Origin: an uncultured Verrucomicrobia subdivision 3 bacterium
GTDB lineage: Bacteria > Verrucomicrobiota > Verrucomicrobiia > Limisphaerales > UBA11358
Assembly: GCA_903835255.1 (NCBI GenBank)
Contig: CAILMI010000064.1
Span: forward strand, 1,233 to 65,232
DNA: 64,000 nucleotides
Direction: 5' to 3'
This document shows positions 48,026-57,038 of this stretch, one piece after another. How positions within the stretch are numbered: the first letter of the stretch is position 1; each line of letters begins with the position of its first letter. The translations under genes were made by a program, and so were the position numbers. The notes under the pieces were generated by a model that had not been told where the DNA came from, searched no databases, and saw nothing but the letters and a program-made list of their open reading frames with translations.

Positions 48026-49432
48026 ATGAAGGCCCAGTCCCGCCGCCACTTCCTGAAAACCGCTGCCCGCGGCGGGCTCGGCCTGCTGGCGTTGCCAACC
48101 TTTCTTCCGGCGCGACTTTTGGGGGCGGACGCGCCCGGCAAAAAAATCCAGATCGCACAGATTGGCTGCGGCCGCATGGGTCGAAGCGACCTGGGCAATG
48201 TGATGACGGAACCGCTCGCCCGCGTGGTGGCCGTATGTGATCTGGATTCCCGGCGTCTGGCCGCAGGCAAGAAATTTGTTGAGGACTTTTATGCGGAGCA
48301 GGGTGAATCGAGCGTCCACGTCAAAACCTATCGCGACTATCGCGAGGTGCTGGCATCGCCGGAGATCGACGCCGTCATTGTCACCGTGCCCGACCATGCC
48401 CATGCGCTGATTGCCATTCAGGCAGCCATCGCGGGCAAGCATCTGTACGTCCAGAAACCCGTCACCTATAGCATTGCAGAGGCTATCGGGCTGCGGCGGG
48501 CGGTTGAGGCGCGCAACGTCATTTTGCAGACTGGGTCGCAGCAGCGTTCCGAGAGGCCCTGGGGGAGTTTCCGCAAGGCCAGCGAGGCCGTCCGCAACGG
48601 GCGCATCGGTCAGGTGCAAACCATCCGGATCGGCTTGGGCCTCGACCGGCCCAGCGGGAAAAGACCGGTGCCGATGCGCGTGCCGGAGAATCTGGATTAC
48701 GAGCGCTGGCTGGGCCCGGCCCCGGAACAGCCCTATTTGGAGGGGCGCGTCCACCCCGAGGACAGCGCGGAGGGCCGGCCGGGCTGGATCACCACGGAGG
48801 ATTTCGGCTTGGGCCTGATTACGAACTGGGGGGCGCATCATGTGGACATCGCGCAGTGGGCGATCGGACAGGAATTGGGCGGGCCGCAGACGGTGGAGGC
48901 CCAGGCCGCCTTTATAAAGGATGACTGGATGACGGTGCATTCTACCTACCGCGTGGAATTGGGCTATGCGAAAGGCGTGAAGCTGGTGATGGATCCTCAG
49001 TTTGAAAATGGCATCCGGTTTGAGGGCGATGAGGGCTGGATTTTTTGCACGCGCAGCGGGGAGTCCGAGGCAGGCGGCGACACCCCATTGGATCGGGCGT
49101 CGCAGCGGCCGCTGCGGGCGAGTGACGCCCTCCTCCTATCACCGCTCGGCGGCAATGCCCATCGCTGGATGCCTAGCCGGTCGCACTATGGTAACTGGCT
49201 GGAATGCATCGCCGCCCATCGTCCGCCCATCGCGCCGATCCAGCAGTCCGCGCGCAGCCTGGAAGCCTGCGCCGCCGCCTGGATTGGCATGAAGCTCAAA
49301 CGGCGGCTGACCTGGGATGCGGCGGCGGAGAGGTTTGTGGGCGATGCGGCGGCCAATGCGCTGCGCGGACGGAAGGCGCGCAGCCCGGAGTATGATTTTG
49401 AGCTGGTCCTGAAAAAAGCCGGCTTCGTGTGA
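48026..49432 (+). CDS. Gfo/Idh/MocA-family oxidoreductase with TAT signal
   Basis: Leader SRRHFLKTAARGG, Rossmann motif IAQIGCGRMG, VQKP motif (LYVQKPVT). Confidence 0.88.
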   Translation: MKAQSRRHFLKTAARGGLGLLALPTFLPARLLGADAPGKKIQIAQIGCGRMGRSDLGNVMTEPLARVVAVCDLDSRRLAAGKKFVEDFYAEQGESSVHVKTYRDYREVLASPEIDAVIVTVPDHAHALIAIQAAIAGKHLYVQKPVTYSIAEAIGLRRAVEARNVILQTGSQQRSERPWGSFRKASEAVRNGRIGQVQTIRIGLGLDRPSGKRPVPMRVPENLDYERWLGPAPEQPYLEGRVHPEDSAEGRPGWITTEDFGLGLITNWGAHHVDIAQWAIGQELGGPQTVEAQAAFIKDDWMTVHSTYRVELGYAKGVKLVMDPQFENGIRFEGDEGWIFCTRSGESEAGGDTPLDRASQRPLRASDALLLSPLGGNAHRWMPSRSHYGNWLECIAAHRPPIAPIQQSARSLEACAAAWIGMKLKRRLTWDAAAERFVGDAAANALRGRKARSPEYDFELVLKKAGFV

Positions 49433-49475
49433 CAATTTCCCTTTACGCGGCCGGGGCATTCACTAGAGTGCCCCC

Positions 49476-49880
49476 ATGTCTGAGATTGTAAAATTTGTGA
49501 ACCACGGCGCGGCGAGCATCACGCCGGCGATGGCGGCAAAAACCCTGCACCATCTGCCGCAGTGGAAGCTGGAGTTCACCCAGATTCACGCGCCGAAATT
49601 TCCGCATCTCGTGGACCAGTTGGAATTCCTGGCGGACGCGGTGGAGGACGCGGTGGAAGGGGCTTATCAGGATTTGCCGTATGCGGCCCTGGCGCAGGCG
49701 TTGTTCGCTCTCATTTACGCGCATAAGAAAATAGGCATCATCCCGGAGAGCCTGTTGGAACTGGGTCGGGCGGACGATTCGAGCGTGGTGCGGGCGGTGC
49801 TGATTCAGAATGAGGTGGCGTTTGCCATTTATGCCGGCGTTCAGGGGATCAACTGGCAGAAAATCACCAGCCAGCCATGA
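49476..49880 (+). CDS. Small uncharacterised protein, DUF1232 (YkvA)-like pattern
   Basis: 134 aa. The segment LPYAALAQALFALIYAHKKIGIIPESLLELGRADDSSVV resembles the DUF1232 core (P..A.....AL.Y....D.IPD..P..G..DD). Weak assignment. Confidence 0.5.
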   Translation: MSEIVKFVNHGAASITPAMAAKTLHHLPQWKLEFTQIHAPKFPHLVDQLEFLADAVEDAVEGAYQDLPYAALAQALFALIYAHKKIGIIPESLLELGRADDSSVVRAVLIQNEVAFAIYAGVQGINWQKITSQP

Positions 49881-49951
49881 AGCCGCAACCCGGCGCCGGG
49901 CAGCCAAAGGAACCAATTCTCAGCAGGGCGGAGTCCGGAGTCATTTCCCAT

Positions 49952-49979
49952 TTGACATTTAAAAGCTCCACTTTATATT
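49952..49979 (+). promoter_or_regulatory. Sigma-70-like promoter upstream of the FecR-like gene
   Basis: TTGACA-N16-TATATT in an AT-rich stretch. The -10 hexamer ends 30 nt upstream of the ATG at 50010. Confidence 0.5.
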
Positions 49980-50009
49980 GACTCTCAACTTAAGAAATCC
50001 CAGAAAATT

Positions 50010-50867
50010 ATGAAAAGCTTGCAGGCTCTATTTTTCGGCATAGCCGGGTTGATTTTAACCTTCACAGTCTCCGTTTCCGCCCAAAACACACGGCCCGGGG
50101 TCGTGACGGTGGTGGGGGTCAAAGGCCCGGCCAGTTATACCTTGGAAAGTGGAACCGATCCCAAATGGATTCCGCTGGTGGCCGGGAAAGTCCTGACGGC
50201 GGGGGCTACCATCCGCACCGGCCCGAATGCCTTGGTGGATTTGGTATTGGCTCCGGAAATGGTGGCTGCTCAAGGCTTCCCCATCGTTGGCGCTGGCTCC
50301 ACGGTTGGTCCGGCGGATGATGCCCCCGTTCGCGGCCTGGTTTCGTATAACACCCCCATGCTAAAACAAAATGTGGTGCGCATGTCGGGCGATACCGTGT
50401 TGAAAATTGACAAGCTCACCGCCGCGGAAATGGGCGCCGATACCGTCAGCGATACGGAGCTGGACCTGCAGAAGGGGAGCATCTTTAGCAAGGTCAAAAA
50501 GCTTTCCGAAACTTCCGTGTTCTACGTTAAGATACCGACCGGCATCGCCTCGGTCCGGGGCACCTCTTTCTTTATTTCTGCAGAGGGAAATGTCTCGGTT
50601 CTAGCTGAAAGCAACGATGCTAAGGAACACACGGTGGTTTTGGCCATTGTGGACTCGAGAGGGCAACAGATAACCTTCACAATACCTCAAGGCTACGTTT
50701 TCAACGCGGCCGTCGGTACTTCGGTTCAGTTGAACAAAATCGATCTTAAGAATTTAAAGAGCGTCCTCGATGCCTTACAAACCCTGTTCCCCAACACTGG
50801 ACCCAAGGGGAATAATGGTGGGAATGAAAATGATAACACCATTATTCACGTCTCCCCCGTTAAATAG
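50010..50867 (+). CDS. Secreted FecR-domain-like protein
   Basis: Signal peptide ending VSA|QN. FecR-type beta segment VVTVVGVKGPASYTL...WIPLVAGKVLTAGATIRTGPNALVDLVL and ASVRGTSFFISAEG. Lower GC than flanking genes. Confidence 0.7.
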   Translation: MKSLQALFFGIAGLILTFTVSVSAQNTRPGVVTVVGVKGPASYTLESGTDPKWIPLVAGKVLTAGATIRTGPNALVDLVLAPEMVAAQGFPIVGAGSTVGPADDAPVRGLVSYNTPMLKQNVVRMSGDTVLKIDKLTAAEMGADTVSDTELDLQKGSIFSKVKKLSETSVFYVKIPTGIASVRGTSFFISAEGNVSVLAESNDAKEHTVVLAIVDSRGQQITFTIPQGYVFNAAVGTSVQLNKIDLKNLKSVLDALQTLFPNTGPKGNNGGNENDNTIIHVSPVK

Positions 50868-50920
50868 CTCATCCCCAGTGACGCCGTCGTGGTGGCGCTC
50901 TCATAGATATCCCCCTTCAA

Positions 50921-50952
50921 GCCGGAGCTGACGTGTGTCGCTCCGGTTTTTT
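50921..50952 (+). terminator. Intrinsic terminator or attenuator hairpin between the FecR-like and CHASE2 cyclase genes
   Basis: Stem CCGGAGC / GCTCCGG (7 bp), 11-nt loop, directly followed by TTTTTT. The U-tract ends 13 nt before the cyclase ATG. Confidence 0.6.
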
Positions 50953-50965
50953 GCTCTCAGCCCGA

Positions 50966-53215
50966 ATGAAATCCAAAGCGTTCAAGCGGGCTCCGGTCCT
51001 TCTGGCCGTTGGCGTCCTTGTCCTCGTCTGCGGTATCCAGTTGTTGCACCTGGATTTCCTGGAGCGCCTGGAGCGGATCACCTACGACTTGCGGGTGCGG
51101 ACCTCCGTTCGCTTTCCCGCACCGGCGGCAACCAATCTCGCCTTCGTTGCCATGGAGGATTCCAGCATCGTCGCGGTCAAAAACGGGTCCCTGGGCTATC
51201 AGTTCGGGCTCTACTGGCCGCGGCAGGTTTACGGACGCCTGATTGAAGAGCTCTCCGCCCAAGGCGCCCGCGCCATCGCCTTTGATGTGCTGTTCGGCGA
51301 AGTGCGCAACGACCATCCCCCGGTGCAAATGGGCGACGGCCGCCTGATAGAGTCCGACGATTTTTTTGCGTTGCAGGAGCAGCGGGCGGGCAATGTCCTG
51401 ATCGCCATCACCCCGGAACTTCGACCGCCGGACCTGTTTGCAACCAATGCGTTCGCCCTCGGCGGCGTTTCCACGGACCGGGACACCGACGGAACGCTCC
51501 GGCGCTTCGAGGCCTTTCACATCTACCACCGCTGGCATCCTCTGCTGACACGGGCGGCGGCGGAGTTCGGCCTGGATCTGGACCGGGCACAGTTTGCAGC
51601 GGGGGAAATCCGGCTGCCGCAAAACGGCACCACCAACCTCGTTGCCATTCCCGTGGATGCGAACGGCTGTTTCAAACTCGCGGATTTCATTGGTGACACT
51701 CTGCCGGCCGGGATGGCGCACGTGGCCAAGGCCTTCACGGACGAGCGGGTCTGGAGCCTGGGCATCGCGCTGGCCGCCCAAGAGCTGAAGCTTGATCTGG
51801 CCCGCGCGGACATCGATCTGGCCCGCGGCCGGATTGTTTTGAGCGGCACGAATGGCGTGCGGCGCGTGATCCCGGTGGACGCGCAGGGCTATGGTCTTAT
51901 CGACTGGCGGCTGACCCCGGGGGATGACCGACTGCTGCGCGCGCCGGTGGAAACCCTGCTGCGCCAGGAGCGCCTCCGTCTGCAGGGCCGGACCAATTCT
52001 TTGCGCGATGATTTTCGCGGAAAGCTCGTCGTAATCGGTTCGACGGCGCAAGGCAACGACCTGACCGACCGGGGGGCGACGCCGTTGGAAAAGGACACCT
52101 TCCTCGTGAGCAAGCACTGGAATGTAGCTAATTCCGTTATCACCGGCCAGTTCATCCGCCGGGCGCCGCAGCCGGTCGAGCTCGCGCTGATTCTTTTTCT
52201 GGGGGCGGTCACGGCGACCCTTACCTGGCGATTGCGGGCGGTCGCGGCGACCGGCGGAACATTCCTGCTCATGGCCGCTTATGTCTGCGCCGTGTTTTTT
52301 GCGTTCGTCCAATTCCATTACTGGCTTCCGCTGGTGCTCCCCCTGGTCGGCGCGGTGTTGGTGGAGCATGTGAGCCTGGTCACTTACCGCATGGTGTTCG
52401 AAGAGCGCGAGCAGCGCCGGGTCAAGTCCGTGTTCTCAAAAATTGTCTCGCCTGAAGTGGTGAACGAACTGCTGCAGGCTGAAAAACTGTCCTTGGGCGG
52501 CGCGCGCCGGGAGGTGACAATAATGTTTGCCGATGTGCGCGGCTTCACCTCGTTCACGGATGAAGCCCAGCAGCGGGTAGAGGAGTTTGTCCGCACCCAC
52601 CGGCTAGATCCGGAGGCGGCGAAAAAATGTTTCGACGACTCGGCGCGCGAAATCCTAGAAACCGTCAACCTGTATCTGGCCGCCGTGGCCGATGCGGTCA
52701 AGAACCATGGCGGCACGCTCGACAAGTACATCGGGGACTGTGTGATGGCGTTCTGGAATGCGCCCATTGCGAATGAGAGGCACGGGCCGGCCTGCGTGCG
52801 CGCTGCCATTGAGGCGCAGGGCGCCATCCACCGTCTCAATCAGAAGCGCCGGGAGGAAAACGCGGCGCGCGAACTCGAAAGCCGCGCGCAGCCAGCCGCC
52901 GACCTCCCGCCCCCCGTGCCGCTGGCGGCGCTTCAGCTGGGCACCGGCATCCACTCCGGGCTGGTGACTGTCGGGTTGATGGGCTCGGACACCCATATCC
53001 TCAACTACACCATTTTCGGGCGCGAGGTGAACCTGGCCAGCCGGCTGGAGGGGGTTTCGGGCAGCGGCCGCATCCTCATCAGTGACGCAACCCATCGTCA
53101 TCTGCAGCAGCAGGATTCGGATCTGGCGGTGATGTGCGTGGCCCTGCCCCCGGTCCTGGTCAAGGGCTTCCGCGATCCGGTAGGGATTTACGAGGTGCCC
53201 TGGTCAAACAAATAG
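50966..53215 (+). CDS. CHASE2-sensor class III adenylate/guanylate cyclase
   Basis: N-terminal TM, ~350-aa periplasmic CHASE2-like region, three further TMs, and a cyclase domain (VTIMFADVRGFTSFTD, GGTLDKYIGDCVMAFWNAP, YTIFGREVNLASRLE). Start at ATG 50966 (MKSKAFKR). Confidence 0.9.
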   Translation: MKSKAFKRAPVLLAVGVLVLVCGIQLLHLDFLERLERITYDLRVRTSVRFPAPAATNLAFVAMEDSSIVAVKNGSLGYQFGLYWPRQVYGRLIEELSAQGARAIAFDVLFGEVRNDHPPVQMGDGRLIESDDFFALQEQRAGNVLIAITPELRPPDLFATNAFALGGVSTDRDTDGTLRRFEAFHIYHRWHPLLTRAAAEFGLDLDRAQFAAGEIRLPQNGTTNLVAIPVDANGCFKLADFIGDTLPAGMAHVAKAFTDERVWSLGIALAAQELKLDLARADIDLARGRIVLSGTNGVRRVIPVDAQGYGLIDWRLTPGDDRLLRAPVETLLRQERLRLQGRTNSLRDDFRGKLVVIGSTAQGNDLTDRGATPLEKDTFLVSKHWNVANSVITGQFIRRAPQPVELALILFLGAVTATLTWRLRAVAATGGTFLLMAAYVCAVFFAFVQFHYWLPLVLPLVGAVLVEHVSLVTYRMVFEEREQRRVKSVFSKIVSPEVVNELLQAEKLSLGGARREVTIMFADVRGFTSFTDEAQQRVEEFVRTHRLDPEAAKKCFDDSAREILETVNLYLAAVADAVKNHGGTLDKYIGDCVMAFWNAPIANERHGPACVRAAIEAQGAIHRLNQKRREENAARELESRAQPAADLPPPVPLAALQLGTGIHSGLVTVGLMGSDTHILNYTIFGREVNLASRLEGVSGSGRILISDATHRHLQQQDSDLAVMCVALPPVLVKGFRDPVGIYEVPWSNK

Positions 53216-53277
53216 TTTTGAATTTGGCGGCATAAGTTTTAAGGTCTCCGGCAGACGGCTCATCTGACATTGAAACC

Positions 53278-53757
53278 ATGCGAACGGCAATCTATCCCGG
53301 CAGTTTTGATCCGCTGACCAACGGCCATCTGGACGTGGTGCAGCGCGCGGCCAAATTATTCGATCGCGTCATCGTGGCGGTGGCCAAGAACGAGGGTAAA
53401 AATCCCCTGTTCCCCCTCCGCGAGAGGGTGGCGCTCGTGAAAAAATCCGTTGCGCACCTGCCGAACGTGGAAGCGGACTCGTTCGACAGCCTGCTGGTGC
53501 AATACGTCGTGAGCCGCAAGGCTCAGGTCATTGTGCGGGGGCTGAGGGCCGTGTCCGACTTTGAATTTGAGTTCCAGCTCGCGCTGATGAACCGGAAACT
53601 GAACGAAAGCATCGAGACCATCTTCATGATGCCCAAGGACACCTATACTTTTTTAAGCTCGCGCATCGTGAAGGAGATCGCGCGGCTGGGCGGCGACGTC
53701 CGCGGGTTTGTGCCGGGACCCGTGCAGGCCGCCCTGGCTAAAAAATTCTCCACTTAA
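53278..53757 (+). CDS. coaD: Pantetheine-phosphate adenylyltransferase
   Basis: AIYPGSFDPLTNGHLDVV; 159 aa. Confidence 0.95.
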   Translation: MRTAIYPGSFDPLTNGHLDVVQRAAKLFDRVIVAVAKNEGKNPLFPLRERVALVKKSVAHLPNVEADSFDSLLVQYVVSRKAQVIVRGLRAVSDFEFEFQLALMNRKLNESIETIFMMPKDTYTFLSSRIVKEIARLGGDVRGFVPGPVQAALAKKFST

Positions 53758-53758
53758 A

Positions 53759-54241
53759 ATGGCTCTGATCGTCAATCTTCGACAGCTCGAACACCGCAAC
53801 CAGGCGTTGCGGGGAGATCTGCCCCTGGCGGAGCTCGATCTGGACACACGCGACGCCTTGATCCGGGCGGCCCACCCGCTCCATTACGATTTGGAGATGG
53901 AACGGCTGGAGGATTGCCTGCTGGTGCAGGGACGGCTCCAGCTCCGGCTGGAATGCGAGTGCGTCCGCTGTCTGCAGCCCTTTGTATTCGAGCTGGAACT
54001 GGATCCCTGGTCACAGGCGCTGCCGCTGGAGGGGGAGGATGCCGTGCCGATAAAGAACGATTGCGTGGACTTGACGCCGCTGATGCGGGAAGATATTCTC
54101 CTCGGGTTTCCGCAGCATCCCCTGTGCAGACCGGATTGCGGCGGATTCAAGAAAGCCAGCGTTGGCGAAGCCCTTAAAACTGTCGGCCCGGACCAATCCC
54201 GGCCGGCCGCCTGGGTGGAATTGAACAAACTGAAACTCTAA
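53759..54241 (+). CDS. yceD: YceD/DUF177-family protein
   Basis: Position immediately upstream of rpmF. Cys motifs CVRCLQPF and CRPDCGG. Start at ATG 53759. Confidence 0.85.
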   Translation: MALIVNLRQLEHRNQALRGDLPLAELDLDTRDALIRAAHPLHYDLEMERLEDCLLVQGRLQLRLECECVRCLQPFVFELELDPWSQALPLEGEDAVPIKNDCVDLTPLMREDILLGFPQHPLCRPDCGGFKKASVGEALKTVGPDQSRPAAWVELNKLKL

Positions 54242-54251
54242 TTTTGAATTT

Positions 54252-54437
54252 ATGGGCGTCCCAAAACGTAAACCTTCGACGAGCCGGCAGAAAATGCGCC
54301 GGGCTTACAACAGCGTGCTGAAACTGCCGCAGATCAGCAAATGCCCGCAATGCGCCGAACCGCATGTGCCCCACCGCGTTTGCCCGGCGTGCGGTTATTA
54401 CAAGGGACGCCAAGTTCTGACCGTCACCGCCGGCTGA
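54252..54437 (+). CDS. rpmF: 50S ribosomal protein L32
   Basis: MGVPKRKPSTSRQKMRRA; zinc-ribbon CPQC...CPAC. Confidence 0.95.
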   Translation: MGVPKRKPSTSRQKMRRAYNSVLKLPQISKCPQCAEPHVPHRVCPACGYYKGRQVLTVTAG

Positions 54438-54486
54438 TTCTTCAGCGGTCATGCCGCGGAAAGCTTCCGCGTTCTCTCCTTCATCG

Positions 54487-55527
54487 ATGCGAATCGCAGT
54501 GGATGTCATGGGCGGCGACCACGGTTGCGGCGTTGTCATTGAAGGCGCCGCCCGCGCCCTGGAAGGCAACAGCAAAATCACCACCCTCTACCTGGTCGGC
54601 AATCAGGCCGATATCCATGCCGCCCTGCCCAAGGGCGGTTTTCGCGACCACCGCGTTCGCGTCGTCCACGCCTCCGAGGTGGTGGAAATGGACGAAAAGC
54701 CGGTCGTGGCGCTTCGCAAAAAAAAGGACTCTTCCATTGTCCGCGCCGCGGAACTGGTGCGGGAAGGTAAGGCGGACGCCCTGGTTTCCCTCGGCAACAC
54801 CGGCGGTCTTTTCGCGGCAGCCACCTTCAAGGTGGGGCGCATCGCCGGGGTGGATCGGGGTTGCATTGCGACCGTAATTCCGCGCCAGAGCAACGAATTC
54901 GTGCTGCTCGATGCCGGCGCCAATATCGAGTGCAAACCCTTCCACCTCGCCCAGTTTGCTGTGATGGGCCACGTCTATTCCCGCGAGGTGCTCCAGCGGA
55001 AAAGCCCGCGCGTTGGCATCCTCAGCATCGGCACCGAGGATTCCAAGGGCAATGAACTCACGCTGGAAGCATTCCGGCTCTGCAAAAAACTGGACCTGAA
55101 TTTCATCGGGAATGTCGAGGGACACGACTTGTTCAAAGATCACGTGGACGTGGTGGTGTGCGACGGCTTTGTGGGCAACATCGTGCTAAAAACCTGCGAA
55201 AGCCTCGCCGTCGGCATGTTTTCGATGCTCAAACGCGAGCTGATGAGCAACACCAAGCGGAAAATCGGCGCGTATCTAGCCAGGAACGCCTTCCACTCCA
55301 TCCGCCGCCGCATGGATCCGGAGGTTTACGGCGGAGCTCCTCTTCTGGGTTTCAACGGCATGGTGTTCAAGGCCCATGGTTCGGCGCGCGAACGCGCCGT
55401 CACCAGCGCCCTGCGCGTGACCGCCGACGCCGTGCAGTACCAGGTCAATGAGATCATCGCCCGCGAAATCGCCAACGCCAATGCCGCGCTGGCGGCCGCC
55501 GACATCGCCCTTCCCACCCCCGCATGA
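54487..55527 (+). CDS. plsX: Phosphate acyltransferase PlsX
   Basis: MRIAVDVMGGDHG, with the typical GNTGG and FVGNIVLK motifs. Confidence 0.93.
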   Translation: MRIAVDVMGGDHGCGVVIEGAARALEGNSKITTLYLVGNQADIHAALPKGGFRDHRVRVVHASEVVEMDEKPVVALRKKKDSSIVRAAELVREGKADALVSLGNTGGLFAAATFKVGRIAGVDRGCIATVIPRQSNEFVLLDAGANIECKPFHLAQFAVMGHVYSREVLQRKSPRVGILSIGTEDSKGNELTLEAFRLCKKLDLNFIGNVEGHDLFKDHVDVVVCDGFVGNIVLKTCESLAVGMFSMLKRELMSNTKRKIGAYLARNAFHSIRRRMDPEVYGGAPLLGFNGMVFKAHGSARERAVTSALRVTADAVQYQVNEIIAREIANANAALAAADIALPTPA

Positions 55528-56549
55528 AACCTGCATTCACAAACCCGCGCGCCGAGCACAATTTTCAAGGCCGCCCCTGTTCCATCACCGGCGTGGGCTC
55601 CTATGTGCCGGAAAAAATCCTGACCAACGCCGAGCTCGAAAAAATGGTCGAGACTACCGACGAATGGATCACCACGCGCACTGGCATCCGGGAACGCCGC
55701 ATCGCCGCCGCTAACGAATTCACCTCCGACCTCGCGACGAAGGCCGCCGAACGCGCCATGGCCATGGCCGGGGTCACCGCCGCCCAAATCGACCTAATCA
55801 TCGTTGCCACGCTGACGCCGGACATGCAGTTCCCCTCCACCGCATGCCTCGTGCAGCGCAAGATTGGCGCGCAGCGGGCCGCCGCCTTCGACGTCGAAGC
55901 CGCCTGTTCGGGCTTTATTTACGCGATGGAAATCGGCCAGCAGTTCATCCTCTCCCGCACCTATGAGACCGTCCTGGTCATCGGCGCGGAAAAACTCTCG
56001 TCCATCGTCAACTGGAAAGACCGTAACACCTGCGTCCTCTTTGGCGACGGGGCCGGCGCGGCAATCCTCCAGCACCGTGAAAATTCCCACGGCTTGCTCA
56101 CTGCCGTCATGGGCGCCGACGGCAATAAGGCGGACCTGCTGTCCATGCCCGGCGGCGGCAGCGCCTGTCCTGCCACGCTGGAATCCGTTGCGAGCGGCCT
56201 GCATTATCTGCGCATGGACGGCAAGGAAACCTTCAAAAACGCCGTACAGGCAATGGTTTCCGCCGCCCACGAGGCGCTGCGCCGCTGCGCCATCGACATC
56301 ACCCAGATCAAATGCATCATCCCGCACCAGGCGAACCAGCGCATCGTGGATGCGGTGGGGGAACGTCTTAAAGCGGCGCCGGATCAGGTGTTCATGAATC
56401 TCCAGAAATACGGCAACACCTCGGCGGCGTCCGTGGCGATCGCCTTGGACGAGGTGGTGGCTTCAGGGAAAATCCAGCGGGGGGACTTGGTTCTGCTCGT
56501 GGTGTTCGGGGCCGGCCTGACTTGGGGCGCGGCGGTCATTGAATGGTAA
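55524..56549 (+). CDS. fabH: Beta-ketoacyl-ACP synthase III
   Basis: Catalytic triad contexts AACSGF, PHQAN and GNTSAAS. 4-nt overlap with plsX. Confidence 0.95.
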   Translation: MKPAFTNPRAEHNFQGRPCSITGVGSYVPEKILTNAELEKMVETTDEWITTRTGIRERRIAAANEFTSDLATKAAERAMAMAGVTAAQIDLIIVATLTPDMQFPSTACLVQRKIGAQRAAAFDVEAACSGFIYAMEIGQQFILSRTYETVLVIGAEKLSSIVNWKDRNTCVLFGDGAGAAILQHRENSHGLLTAVMGADGNKADLLSMPGGGSACPATLESVASGLHYLRMDGKETFKNAVQAMVSAAHEALRRCAIDITQIKCIIPHQANQRIVDAVGERLKAAPDQVFMNLQKYGNTSAASVAIALDEVVASGKIQRGDLVLLVVFGAGLTWGAAVIEW

Positions 56550-56616
56550 TGACGCTGCGTTTTCAGGGTCCACCTCATTTGACGATGGGCCAGACCGTGC
56601 TATTCTCTTTCACACT

Positions 56617-56952
56617 ATGAGCGCGAGAAAAATTGAAAGCCTTGTTCCCGCCAAACGGCAGGTCACTCTGGCGGGCCGGCAATCCAGCCTGGAACTCTCC
56701 CTGGACGCCGTGGCCATCCACAAAAACGGCATCGAGTTCCGCAGCCCGACTCCTTTCAATGAGTGGACGGAAATGACCGTGGCCCTGCAATCGCCGCTCG
56801 ACGGCAGCCGGCTCCAGTGCAGCGGGGTCGTCATCGCCTGCTCCGGCAACCGGCACGCCGGATATCGCGTTTCGATGGTGTTCACAAGTCTGACGGAACG
56901 GGCCCAAGCCCGTTTGCATTCCCTGGCCCACTCCGAATTGGGCGTCAGCTGA
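56617..56952 (+). CDS. Small PilZ-like beta-barrel protein with degenerate motifs (uncharacterised)
   Basis: 111 aa from ATG 56617. The pattern LELSLDAVAIHKNGIEFRSPTPF...TVALQSP...LQCSGVVIAC...YRVSMVFTSL follows PilZ-domain strand order, but canonical RxxxR and DxSxxG are not intact. Confidence 0.5.
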   Translation: MSARKIESLVPAKRQVTLAGRQSSLELSLDAVAIHKNGIEFRSPTPFNEWTEMTVALQSPLDGSRLQCSGVVIACSGNRHAGYRVSMVFTSLTERAQARLHSLAHSELGVS

Positions 56953-56961
56953 CGCGGTGCA

Positions 56962-56999
56962 ATTTTTTCACAGCGGCGGGTCTTTTTTTAGGGGCCGCC
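56962..56999 (+). terminator. Putative rho-independent terminator after the plsX-fabH-PilZ-like genes
   Basis: Stem AGCGGCGG / CCGCCGCT (8 bp) with a large 15-nt loop, followed by TTTGACTTTT. Confidence 0.45.
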
Positions 57000-57038
57000 G
57001 CTTTTGACTTTTCAGCGGTGGTTTCCTAGACTGGCGTA

